A DNA stretch of 64,000 bases, from assembly GCF_963921235.1 (NCBI RefSeq), contig NC_086097.1:160210001-160274000 (forward strand), given 5' to 3'. A model generated the notes under the pieces. It searched no databases. It was not told the origin of the DNA and worked only from the letters and a program-made list of their open reading frames with translations. Position numbers and translations under genes: made by a program. This DNA is from Mobula hypostoma. Taxonomy: Eukaryota. Below, piece by piece: positions 1 through 10,702 of this stretch; within the stretch, counting starts at the first letter, position 1, and the number at the start of each line of letters is the position of its first letter.

Positions 1-54
1 TTCAAAAGCAACTCCATCATTTTTTGGTTTCTGCCTCATGGTGCAAGAAGATCA

Positions 55-779
55 AGTAAATGGCAGGATACTTGGTAGTGTGGGGGAGCAGAGGGATCTG
101 GGAGTACATGTCCACAGATCCCTGAAAGTTGCCTCACAGGTGGATAGGGTAGTTAAGAAAGCTTATGGGGTGTTAACTTTCATAAGTCGAGGGATAGAGT
201 TTAAGAGTCGCAATGTAATGATGCAGCTCTATAAAACTCTGGTTAGGCCACACTTGGAGTACTGTGTCCAGTTCTGGTCACCTCACTATCGGAAGGATGT
301 GGAAGCATTGGAAAGGGTACAGAGGAGATTTACCAGGATACTGCCTGGTTTAGAGAGTATGCATTATGATCAGAGATTAAGGGAGCTAGGGCTTTACTCT
401 TTGGAGAGAAGGAGGATGAGAGGAGACATGATAGAGGTGTTCAAGATAATAAGAGGAATAGATAGAGTGGATAGCCAGCGCCTCTTCCCCAGGGCACCAC
501 TGCTCAATACAAGAGGACATAGTTTTAAGGTAAGGGGTGGGAAGTTCAAGGGGGATATTAGAGGAAGGTTTTTTTACTTAGAGAGTGGTTGATGCGTGGA
601 ATGCACTGCCTGAGTCAGTGGTGGAGGCAGATACACTAGTGAAGTTTAAGAGACTACTAGACAGGTATATGGAGGAATCTAAGGTGGGGGCTTATATGGG
701 AGGCAGGGTTTGAGGGTCGGCACAACATTGTGGGCTGAAGGGCCTGTAATGTGCTGTAGTGTTCTATGTTCTATGTTCT
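55..779 (+). mobile_element. CR1 LINE, 5'-truncated 3' fragment (young subfamily A)
   Basis: ORF 38..592 has the CR1 C-terminal motifs LYKTLVRPHLEYCVQFWSP and LYSLERRRMRGDMIEVFK; ends in a (TTCTATG)n tail at about 762-779; nearly identical to 12765-13485. Confidence 0.93.
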
Positions 780-1136
780 AATTATTTGGTTATGCTAAGC
801 TTAATCATACAATACAAAATAAAAGACAGTTAAGTGGTCAAGCATGCTTAGATTCACAGATTTTAACGTTTCTATGAGTATCACTATGTTTGTTTCTTTG
901 TGTGTTTTTTTGTCAGCTTCGTTTCTGAGCAAGTGCATGAAAGTCAGATCGTAAGGCAGCGGGAGTGTTTAAAAGTGAGAAGATTAACAGAGCAGGCAAC
1001 GGAGTAGAGGGAGACAGAGTAGGAAGGTTTTGGCTCGAGCGGCTTTGGCGAGCAGAGGCTGATGAAGAGCTTGACTCCAAGTGAGGTAAGGCCGGGTAAG
1101 TTCCTTTAATAAATCTAATTACCTTAAGAGTAGGTA

Positions 1137-2075
1137 ATGGAGGGAGCAGTTAGGGAAGTTGAGTGCTCCAATTGCAGTATGTGGGAAGTCAGGGCAAGCA
1201 CAATCGTCCTTGATGACTACACCTGTAAAAGGTGCACCCAGCTGCAGCTCCTGACAAGCCGAGTTAGGGAACTGGAACTGAGGCTGAATGAACTTTGGAT
1301 CATTCAGGAGGCAGAGGCAGAAATAAACAGGAGTTACAGGGAGATAGTCACCCCTAAGAGTCAGGAGATAGGTAACTGGGTGACTGTCACGAGAGGGAAG
1401 GAGAATAGACAGAATGAGCAAAGCACCCCTGTGCCTGTTCCCACCAATAATAAGTACATCGTTTTGGATACTGTTGGTGGGGACGACCTACCAGGGACAA
1501 GTTGCAGTGGTTGCATCTCTGGCACCGAGATGGGACCCTCAGCTCAGAAGGGAGGGGGGAAAGAGGAGAGCAGTAGCGATAGGGGATTCGATAGTTAGGG
1601 GGACAGATAAGAGTTTCTGTAGAAGAGATTGAGAATCCCGGATGGTCTGTTGCCTCCCTGGTGCCAAGGTCCGCGATATCTCGGACCGAGTTCTCAGTAT
1701 TCCCAAGAGGGAGGGTGAGTAGCTGGATGTCGTGGTCCATGTAGGGACCAATGACGTGGATACGAAGAGTGAGGAGGTCCTGAAAGGTGAGTTTAGGGAG
1801 TTAGGTGCCAAGTTAAAGGACAGGACCTCCAAGATAGCAATCTCAGGATTGCTACCAGTGCCACGTGCTGGCGAGTTTAGAAATAGTAAGATAGCGCAGA
1901 TCAACATGTGGCTGAAAACATGGTGCAGGAGGGAGGACTTCAGATTTATAGATAATTAGGCAGTTTTCCAGGGAAGGTGGGACCTGTTCCGGCAGGACGG
2001 TTTACATCTGAACTAGAGGGGGACAAAATATTCTTGCAGGTAGGTTTGCTAGAGAGGCTCCCGTGGATTTAAAAT
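1137..2075 (+). pseudogene. CR1 ORF1p (zinc finger, leucine zipper, SGNH/GDSL esterase), disrupted
   Basis: CSNC...CKRC zinc finger, LQLLTSRVRELELRLNEL zipper, esterase blocks IGDSIVRG, HVGTND and DGLHLN spread over frames with stops. Confidence 0.88.
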
Positions 2076-2194
2076 AGATACAAGGGGGGGAGGGGATCCA
2101 GAGTGTAGGAACAGATGTAGGGGAGAAGGAAGAAAAAGAGAATAGTAAAGTTGTTTGCACCGTTAGTGATAAACAAAGAGTAAGAGGTGGAAAA

Positions 2195-3170
2195 TTTCTT
2201 AAATGCATTTATTTTAATGCTAGGAGCATTATAAGAAAGGTGGATGAGCTTACAGCATGGATTGATACCTGTAAGTATGATGTTGTAGCTATTAGTGAAA
2301 CATGGTTGCAGGAGGGGTGTGATTGGCAACTAAATATTCCTGGATTTCGTTGCTTCAGGTGTGATAGAATTGGAGGGACAAAAGGGGGAGGCGTCGCATT
2401 GCATTATGTCAAAGAAAATATTACAGCAGTGCTCTGGCAGGATAGATTAGAGGGCTTGTCTAGGGAGGCTATTTGGGTGGAATTGATGAATGGGAAAAGT
2501 GTAGTAACACTTATAGGGGTGTTATATACCACCTAATGGGGAGCAAGAAGTGGAGGAGCAAATTTGTAAGGAGATAGCAGATATTTATAGTAAGCATAAG
2601 GTTGTGACTGTGGGAGATTTTAATTTTCCACACATAGACTGGGAAACTCATGCTGCAAAAGGGGTGGATGGTTTGGAGTTTGTAAAATGTGTGCAGGATA
2701 GTTTTTTGCAGCAATACATAGAGGTACCATCTAGAGAAGGGGCAGTGTTGGATCTCCTGTTAGGGAATGAGATAGGTCAGGTGACGGAGGTATGTGTTGG
2801 GGAGCACTTCTGGTCCAATGATCACAATGCCATTAGTTTCAATATAATTATGAAGAAGGATAGGTCTGGATCCAGGTTTGAGATTTTTGATTGGAGAAAG
2901 GCAAAATTTAAAGGTGAAATTTTGAGGGTACAGAATCTTTATGTTCTTGTTAGGTTGAAAGGAAGAGTTAAAAATTTGAGAGAGCCATGGTTTTCAAGGG
3001 ATATTGGAAACTTGGTTCGGAAAAAGAGAGATATCTACAATAAATAGGCAGCATGGAGTAAATGAGGTGCTCGAGGAATGTAAAGAATGTAAAAAGAATC
3101 TTAAGAATTAAATTAGAAAAGCTAAAAGAAGATACAAGGTTGCTTTGGCAAGTAAGGTGAAAATAAATCC
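2195..3170 (+). pseudogene. CR1 ORF2 APE endonuclease region, disrupted
   Basis: Motifs YFNARSI, AISETWL, GGGVAL, GDFNFPHIDW, LDLLLGNE, NDHNAI; frameshifts present. Confidence 0.88.
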
Positions 3171-6100
3171 ACTATCCTATACCCAAGAAACCCTTCTAAA
3201 CGTCCAATTTAGCAAGATCAAGATCAACAACACCCTGGCGAAGCTACTGACCCCCCTGGAGACCACCGCGCCAGAACTGCTTCTTAAACTCCGGACCACA
3301 CCTGGACCCGACCAACGAGGCCAAACACGTTCCCGGAGACCCGCGGTCTGCTACCGTGCCGGAGCGCTTGGAGATACAGCCCTTTCCGACCAGCACCTCT
3401 CCGGAGCAGATGACCACACAGAAGTGACGGCAGAGACCTCAAAGGTGCCCCAGACACTTCCCCGGAGCGAGCACCATAAAGCCCCGTTGATGGTCATCCA
3501 CAGCTGCTGGAAGTAAGGCCTCCGCCGCTGACCTTGGAAATCAAGCCCGAGGCTTGGCTGGAGCGGAGGCCTCCGCAACCATGACTTGGCTTATGGACTT
3601 GTTTCAGCCAGGAGCCCAGCTGTCCGGGATTAAGTGTTGGCTTCGGGGCCCAACCCAATCGACAGCCCAGGCCCCCGGCAGCTGGAAGTGGCAACGGAGT
3701 CTCCTCCGTTACTCGGCCCGACCCAGAGCACACGACAACGTGACCCGCTGATAGATTCCCGCAGGACGTGTCCACCTACCTCAGAGAGCTGACAACAACA
3801 CACTGCATCGATGGAAACCTGGAAAGATGCACTATTTACCAAGGAAGTGTGGGAAAAGAGCTGAGCTGCTGGTCAGATTGAAGCTAAGGGGCTTCAGGGT
3901 CCCTATGCCCACCATCCTACTAGCTAATGTGCAAGCCATAGAGAACAAGGTGGATGATCTTAAAGGGAGACTCACCAACTGCAGGGAGATGAAGAACTGC
4001 TGTGTATTATGTTTCACTGAGACCTGGCTCTCCCCTGCCACCCCCAACTGTGCCATCTGACCGGAGGGATTTTCGATCCATCCGATGGACCGCAAGGCGT
4101 CTTCGGGCAAGACAAAGGGAGGTGGTGTCTGCCTACTGATCAACACTGCGTGGTGCTCGGACACAGTGGCACTGACAAGCTCCTGCAGCCCGGACCTGGA
4201 ACACCTGTCGGTGAAGTGTCGTCCCTACTATCTGCTACGGGAATTCACCTCGGTCATACTGACAGCGGTCTACATTCCCCCCCAGGCGGACGTGGAGTGT
4301 GCTCTGAACATACTGTATGCCAACATCAGTGAACTTGAGACCAGGTATGTGGAGGCTTTGCTCATTACAGCCGGGGACTTTAACCAGGCCAACCTCAGAA
4401 AGGTGCTGCCAACGTTATACCAACATGTCTCCTGCCCCACTAGAGGCCCGAATATACTTGATCACTGCTACACAGCAGTCAAGGATGCCTACCGTTCCGT
4501 CCCACGACCTCACTTCGGAAAATTGGACCATCAGGCCGTGCTCCTCCTCTTGGCTTATAAACAGAAACTGAAGCGGGAGTTCATGCTGTCAAAAGTAGTG
4601 TCTCGTTGGATGGAGGAAAGGGATGAGGTCCTCTGTGACTGCTTTGAATTGGTGGACTGGTTAGTATTCAAGGACTCGACAGCTAACCTCGACGCGTATG
4701 CCTCAGCTGTCATGAACTTTATTTGGAAATGCACGGAGGACTGTGTGTCTCGCAAGACAATCCAGGTATTCCCTAACCGGAAACCTTGGATGAATTATGA
4801 GGTCAAATCCCTTTTAAAGGCTAGAGCTGCGGCTTTAAGGTCCGGGGATACCAGTCGCTACACGGAATCCAGGCGTGAACTCCAGAAAGCCATTAAGGGC
4901 GCCAAGAGGCAATATCGAGCCAAGTTGGAAGCTCAGGCTAACCAAAGGGATGCCAGTAGACTATGGCAGGGTCTAAATAAGATCGCTGGGTGCAAAGGAA
5001 AGGCTGGGAATATCAAATACTGTGGTGCTTCTCTTCCTGACGAACTTAATGTATTCTATGCAAGGTTCGAACAGAAGAGGAGTGTCCCGCTCCCTCCGGA
5101 TGAACCGGACCTGGTGGCATCGAGATTCATCGTCACCGAGGAGGACGTAAGAAGGGCCTTCCTGAAGATAAATCCAAGGAAGTCGACGGGCCCAGATGGC
5201 GTCCCGGGACGGGTTCTCCGGGCCTGTGCAAGCAAGCTAGCTGGAGTGTTTGCTGACATCTTCAACTGCTCTTTGCTTCAGTCTAAGATCCCCTTGTGTT
5301 TTAAGAAGGCAACAATAATCCCAGTGTCAAAGAAGAGCAAGGTGGTATGCCTAAATGACTATTGACCTGTGCCTCTGACATCAATTGCTATGAAGTGCTC
5401 CGAGAGATTGGTTATGGCACACATCAACCACAGCCTACCGGTCAACCTCGATGCTTTGCAATTCGCCTACTGGAGCAACAGGTCAACGGCAGATGCCATC
5501 TCTCTGGCCCTACATTCCTCCTTAGAACACCTGGAGAATAAAGACGCATATGTAAGGCTCCTTTTCATTGACTACAGCTCTGTCTTTAATACCATCATTC
5601 CAAATAAACTGACTCCTAAGGTCCGGAACCTGGGCCTTAGCACTCAGATCTGCAGCTGGATCTTCAACTTCCTCACTGATAGGACCCAGGCTGTAAAAAT
5701 AGTGGACAAGCTCTCCTCTACAATCACTCTGAGCACCAGTACCCCACAAGGCTGTGTACTCAGCCCCCTGCTGTACTCACGGTACACCCATGATTGTGTA
5801 GCCAAGTTTCCATCAAAATCAATATATAAGTTTGCTGATGACACAACAATTGTAGGCTGTATCTCGGGTGATGATAAGTTTGAGTACAGAGAGGAAATTA
5901 AGAACCTGGTGGCATGGTGCGAAGACAATAACCTATCCCTCAACGTCAGCAAGATGAAGAAATTGGTTGTTGACTTCAGAAGGAGTAGCCGACCGCACGA
6001 CCCAAATTACATCGGTGGTGTGGAAGTAGAATAGGTCAAAAGCTTTAAGTTCCTCGGGGTCAATATCACAAATGACCTGACTTGGTCCAACCAAGCAGAG

Positions 6101-6777
6101 TCCACTGCCAAGAAGGCCCAACAGCACCTTTACTTCCTGAGAAAACTAAAGACATTTGGCCTGTCCCCTAAAACCCTCACTAACTTTTATAGATGCACCT
6201 TAGAAAGCATTCTTCTAGGGTGCATCAAAACCTGGTATGGAAATTGTCCTGTCCAAGACCGAAAGAAGCTGCAGAAGATCGCGAACATGGCGCAGCACAT
6301 CACAGAAACCAATCTTCCGTCTGTGGACTCACTTTACACCGCATGCTGTCGGAGCAGTGCTAGGATAATCAAGGACACGACCCACCCAGCCAATTCACTT
6401 TTCATCCCTCCTCCTTACGGGAGAAGGCTCAGGAGCTTGAAGACTCATACGGCCAGATTTGGGGACAGCTTCTTTCCAACTGTGATAAGACTGTTGAACG
6501 GATCCTGATCCGGATCTGGGCCATACCCTCCAAATATCCAGACCTGCCTCTCAGTTTTTTTTGCACTACCTTACTTTCCATTTTTCTATTTTCTATTTAT
6601 GTTTTATAATTTAAACTTTTAATATTTAGTAATTTTTACTATTTTTAATATTTAATATTTGTAATCCAGGGAATGGGAAGCGCAGAATCAAATATCGCTG
6701 TGATGATTGTACATTCTAGTACCAATTGTTTGGTGACAAAACAGTACAGTAAAGTAAAGTATAAAGTAAAGTAAAGT
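3171..6777 (+). mobile_element. Rex1/Babar-clade LINE, apparently near full length, inserted in CR1
   Basis: APE motifs (PTILLANVQAIENK, CFTETWL, AVYIPP, GDFNQ, LDHCY), RT motifs ([17 protein letters not shown]), C-terminal FFPTVIRLLN, AT-rich 3'UTR and a (GTAAA)n tail at about 6749-6777. Confidence 0.9.
3827..6508 (+). pseudogene. Rex1/Babar APE-RT polyprotein, single frame with three premature stops
   Basis: ORFs 3827, 4085, 5369 and 6287 share one frame; stops are TGA 4058-4060, TGA 5363-5365 and TAG 6032-6034. Confidence 0.88.
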
Positions 6778-6792
6778 AGTAGCAAAAGGATA

Positions 6793-8505
6793 GTGAGGGA
6801 TGAAATTGGTCCCTTAGAGAATCAGAGTGGACAGCTATGTGTGGAACCAAAAGAGATGGGGGAGATTTTGAACAATTTCTTTTCTTCAGTATTCACTAAG
6901 GAGGAGGATATTGAATTGTGTAAGGTAAGGGAAACAGGTAGGGAAGTTATGGAAACTATGAAGATTAAAGAAGAGGAAGTACTGGCACTTTTAAGGAATA
7001 TAAATGTGGATAAGTCTCCAGCTCCTGACAGAATATTCCCTAGGACTTTGAAGGAAGTTAATGTGGATACAGCTGGGGCTCTGACAGAAATATTTCAAAT
7101 GTCATTAGAAATGGGAATGGTGCTGGAGGATTGGCGTATTGCTCATGTTGTTCCATTGTTTAAAAAGGGTTCTAAGAGTAAACCTAGCAATTATCAGCCT
7201 GTGCGTTTGACGTCAGTGATGGGTAAATTGATGGAAAGTATTCTTAGAGATAGTAGATATAATTATCTGAATAGACAGGGTCTGATTAGGAACAGTCAAC
7301 ATGGATTTGTGCGTGGAAGGTCATGTTTGACAAATCTTATTGAATTTTATGAAGAAGTTACTAGGAAAGTTGACAAGGGTAAAGCAGTGGATGTTGTCTA
7401 TATGGACTTCAGTAAGGCCTTTAACAAGGTTCCACACAGAAGGTTAGTTAGGAAGGTTCAATCATTAGGTATTAATATTGAAGTAGTAAAATGGATTCAG
7501 CAGTGGCTGGATGGGAGACGCCAGAGAGTAGTGGAGGATAACTGTTTGTCAGATTGGAGGCTGGTGACTAGTGGTGTGCCTCAGGGATCTGTACTGGGTC
7601 AAGTGTTGTTTATCATATACATTAATGATCTGGATGATGGGGTGGTAAATTGGTTGAGTAAGTTTGCAGATGATACTAAGATAGGTGGAGTTGTGGATAA
7701 TGAAGTAGGTTTTCAAAGCTTGCAGAGAGATTTAGGCCAGTTAGAAGACTGGACTGTAAGATGGCAAATGGAGTTTAATGCTGATAAATGTGAGGTGCTA
7801 CATTTTGATAGGACTAATCAAAATAGGACATACATGGTAAATGGTAGGGCATTGAAGAATGCAGTAGAACAGAGGGATCTAGGAATGATGGTGCATAGTT
7901 CCCTGAAAGTGGGACCTCATGTGGATGAGGTGGTGAAGAAAGCTTTTGGTATGCTGGCCTTTATAAATACGAGTATTGAGTATAGGAGTTGGGATGTAAT
8001 GTTAAAATTATACAAGGCATTGGTAAGGCCAGATTTGGAGTATTGTGTACAGTTCTGGTCACCGAATTATAGGAAAGATGTCAACAAAATTGAGAGAGTA
8101 CAGAGGAGATTTACTAGAATGTTACCTGAGTTTCAGCACCTAAGTTACAGAGAGAGGTTGAACAAGTTGGGTCTTTATTCTTTGGAGCATAGAAGGTTGA
8201 GGGGGGACTTAACAGAGGTATTTAAAATTATGAGGGGGATAGATAGAGTTGACGTGGAGAGGCTTTTTCCATTGAGAGCAGGGGAGATTCAAACAAGTGG
8301 ACATGAGTTGAGAGTTAGGGGGCAAAAGTTTAGGGGTAACATGAGGGGGAACTTCTTTACTCAGAGAGTGGTAGTTGTGTGGAACGAGCTTCCAGCAGAA
8401 GTGGTAGTGGCAGGTTTGATATTGTCATTTAAAGTAAAATTGGATAGCTATATGGACAGGAAAAGAATGGACGGTTATGGGCTGAGTGAAGGTCGGTGGA
8501 ACTAG
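6793..8505 (+). CDS. CR1 ORF2 reverse transcriptase and C-terminal region (open for 570 aa but severed from its N-terminus)
   Basis: QHGFVRGRSCLTNL, MDFSKAF, SGVPQGSVLG, SKFADDTK, LEYCVQFWSP. Confidence 0.85.
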   Translation: MRDEIGPLENQSGQLCVEPKEMGEILNNFFSSVFTKEEDIELCKVRETGREVMETMKIKEEEVLALLRNINVDKSPAPDRIFPRTLKEVNVDTAGALTEIFQMSLEMGMVLEDWRIAHVVPLFKKGSKSKPSNYQPVRLTSVMGKLMESILRDSRYNYLNRQGLIRNSQHGFVRGRSCLTNLIEFYEEVTRKVDKGKAVDVVYMDFSKAFNKVPHRRLVRKVQSLGINIEVVKWIQQWLDGRRQRVVEDNCLSDWRLVTSGVPQGSVLGQVLFIIYINDLDDGVVNWLSKFADDTKIGGVVDNEVGFQSLQRDLGQLEDWTVRWQMEFNADKCEVLHFDRTNQNRTYMVNGRALKNAVEQRDLGMMVHSSLKVGPHVDEVVKKAFGMLAFINTSIEYRSWDVMLKLYKALVRPDLEYCVQFWSPNYRKDVNKIERVQRRFTRMLPEFQHLSYRERLNKLGLYSLEHRRLRGDLTEVFKIMRGIDRVDVERLFPLRAGEIQTSGHELRVRGQKFRGNMRGNFFTQRVVVVWNELPAEVVVAGLILSFKVKLDSYMDRKRMDGYGLSEGRWN

Positions 8506-9039
8506 GTGAGAGTAAGCGTTCGACACGGACTTGAAGGGCCAAGATGGCCTGTTTCCGTGCTGTAATTGTTATATGGTTATATGGCTATAGAAGAAGAACA
8601 TTGCCTGTATGAGTCAGACAGGTGAGATGGCATATGCATCTGTCAGTCAATATTCACTGGCTTATCTGCTCCAGTATGCATTTGAGTGCAGAGCAACATT
8701 GGTGGAGGTTTTGCTTAGCAAGAGCAAAGTACCTCAAAATTATGGCAGTATAGACAGACACCACTCTTACTACAGGTCCGGATTACCAGTTAACCACTGA
8801 TGTTATCGTTGTCTTTAACAGCTGCATCATAGGTTGAAAACCCCAAAACTTCAGGAGGTTGTGCAGCCATACAAAAAAAAACAGATCACACTCTTTTGTG
8901 TCCTGTAGCTAATACTTAATTTGCTTCTTCAGGGGCCACAATAATTGTATTACAATGTTATTGAGTGACACTCTTAGTGATGTTGGGAACATTATGAACA
9001 GACTTTCCAATAGACGGTAGGTGATTCTACTGGAACAAA

Positions 9040-9425
9040 AAAAAAACTAAGGGGAGATTTCATGGAGCATAAAACTGTGAGCGGCCCAGAGAGGCTGATA
9101 AAGAAGGGTTTATCTTCCTTTCAGAGGGATCAATAGGGCCATAAATTTAATTGGTAGAGTTGAACTGAGAAAAGGAAATTCTCACACCAAGATGAAAAGG
9201 ATACTGACACTCACTTCCTTAATTGGAGACGGAGGTGGCAGAAGTTCTCATCACAGCCTCAGTGTACCTGGATCAGCACTTAAGAGTCAGAACCTTAAGG
9301 AACCAAGGACACAGACTGAGAGTTTGCAGTCCAAATGTGACACTTAGATCAAATATGACAGGTTGATACACATTTGGCTGAAAGGCCTCCAGCTATGCTG
9401 TAAATTTCCAGGAGTCCATGATTAT
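9040..9425 (+). mobile_element. Old degraded CR1 3' fragment
   Basis: Degenerate RGD-type coding remnant and 3'UTR motif ggctgaaaggcct...atgctgtaa. Confidence 0.5.
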
Positions 9426-9439
9426 TAGTGAGGACACTT

Positions 9440-9612
9440 GTACACAGTGGAAGAAAGACAGAGCCTTGCTTTAAGACTTTGTCTGAAACAGATGACACCA
9501 ACATTCCAAGACTCCATGAAGAGTCAGAATAGATTATGTGTTCAAATCTTTGAATCAGAAATCATGAGCTTTTGACTTAAAAGCAAGGAAGAGCTATCAA
9601 TGAGTCACAGTA
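9440..9612 (-). mobile_element. Degenerate tRNA-headed Deu-domain-like SINE fragment
   Basis: By-eye resemblance to a DeuSINE head/core (tagattatgtgttcaa...ttttgactt...gctatcaatgagtc); heavily decayed. Confidence 0.35.
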
Positions 9613-10224
9613 ATTGGCCAAATGAGATCTTTCATCAATGGGAATGTCAACAGGAAAAATTGCAACTCAATTGTCTGTAACAACTAGAGTACGATTATTC
9701 AAGTAAATGCTTGATTTACTGGGAAGTGTCCTCAAAGACTTTATTTTAAAGAACTCAACAGTCCAATCACATCAACTTATTCAAGAGGAAATTTTATGCA
9801 GACCTGTCTTTGGAGGTAAAGGCCATCCTCTATAGCTTTAGCTGATGACATCAAAGTACATGTTAAAAGGCACTAAAATGTGGCCTATTCATCCATCAGA
9901 ATCACTTCTGATTAAACATGCCAAAGGTGCACTCCAGGTTCCTGTACAAATCTGATGCTGGTAACCAAGGGACTAGCAAAAATGAAAGTAGTAGCAGATG
10001 GATCACTATCTCTCATCAGCAGAGGGATCATGCAGTGATAGTTTTGACATACTTGCACAAAGGATGACAGCTCAGATAAGTTGACCACCAAAAGCCAGGA
10101 AGATGGGATTGAGTGCTAAATGCTTAAGAATCCTAACTTGCCACTTTTGGAGGCAAGGGAGGCAAGAGGAGAATTGGTCTATCAACTGACTCCCTGGAAA
10201 GGAAAAGCTTCAAGTATTGGAACT

Positions 10225-10412
10225 CTGAAATAAAAAAATGAAAGTTCTAGGAATATTTAGGCAGCATTTCTGAGGAGAGAAACAGGTCATATTTCAGGTC
10301 AATAACTTCTCATCAAATCATCAGAACACCAGACTTCTCATCATGTTACGATGAACCGTGATTAACCTGAAGCATTTACTCTGTTTCTCTCTCCACAAAT
10401 TGTGCCTGAACA
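10225..10412. repeat. Old palindromic Penelope terminal-repeat relic
   Basis: gagagaaacag...tttcaggtcaat...tcatca is mirrored by gatgaa...ttaacctgaagc...ctgtttctctc. Confidence 0.5.
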
Positions 10413-10589
10413 GTATTCCCTATCCCAGGGTTAGGTTGTGCATTTAAATGTTTTATTAAGTCTTAGAAACTTTGATTAAGGCTATTTTATAGATTTAGTT
10501 GAGGCAGGTCAGGTTTCTCAGTGGGTACCTGTGGTGGGAAAGGTTTGATGGTAGAGAGGGTGATAGATGGTAAAGGAGAGTAGTATCAA

Positions 10590-10702
10590 AAGCAGAATCA
10601 GGTTTAATATCACCGACATATGTCATGAAATTTGTTAACTTTTCGGCAGTAGTGCATGCTAATAGAGAGAGAAAACTGTATTACAATAAATATATAATTT
10701 AT
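10590..10702 (-). mobile_element. Rex1/Babar 3' end fragment (continues at about 13486-13515 beyond the inserted CR1)
   Basis: agaatcaggtttaatatcac tail junction shared with the copies at 47770 and 54817. Confidence 0.65.

Larger units (their letters stand above)
940..8590 (+). mobile_element. Near full-length CR1 LINE (subfamily B), interrupted by a Rex1/Babar insertion at 3171-6777
   Basis: 5'UTR, ORF1, APE endonuclease, RT and a (TTATATGG)n-like tail at about 8569-8589; the two halves join when compared with the minus-strand sister copy at 24838-27250. Confidence 0.92.

Noticed and set aside
6793..8505. 570-aa open RT ORF as a possible domesticated gene or active element
   Set aside because: Starts at GTG next to an insertion junction, its endonuclease half is frameshifted and separated, and it closely matches a decayed sister copy; being open is explained by youth
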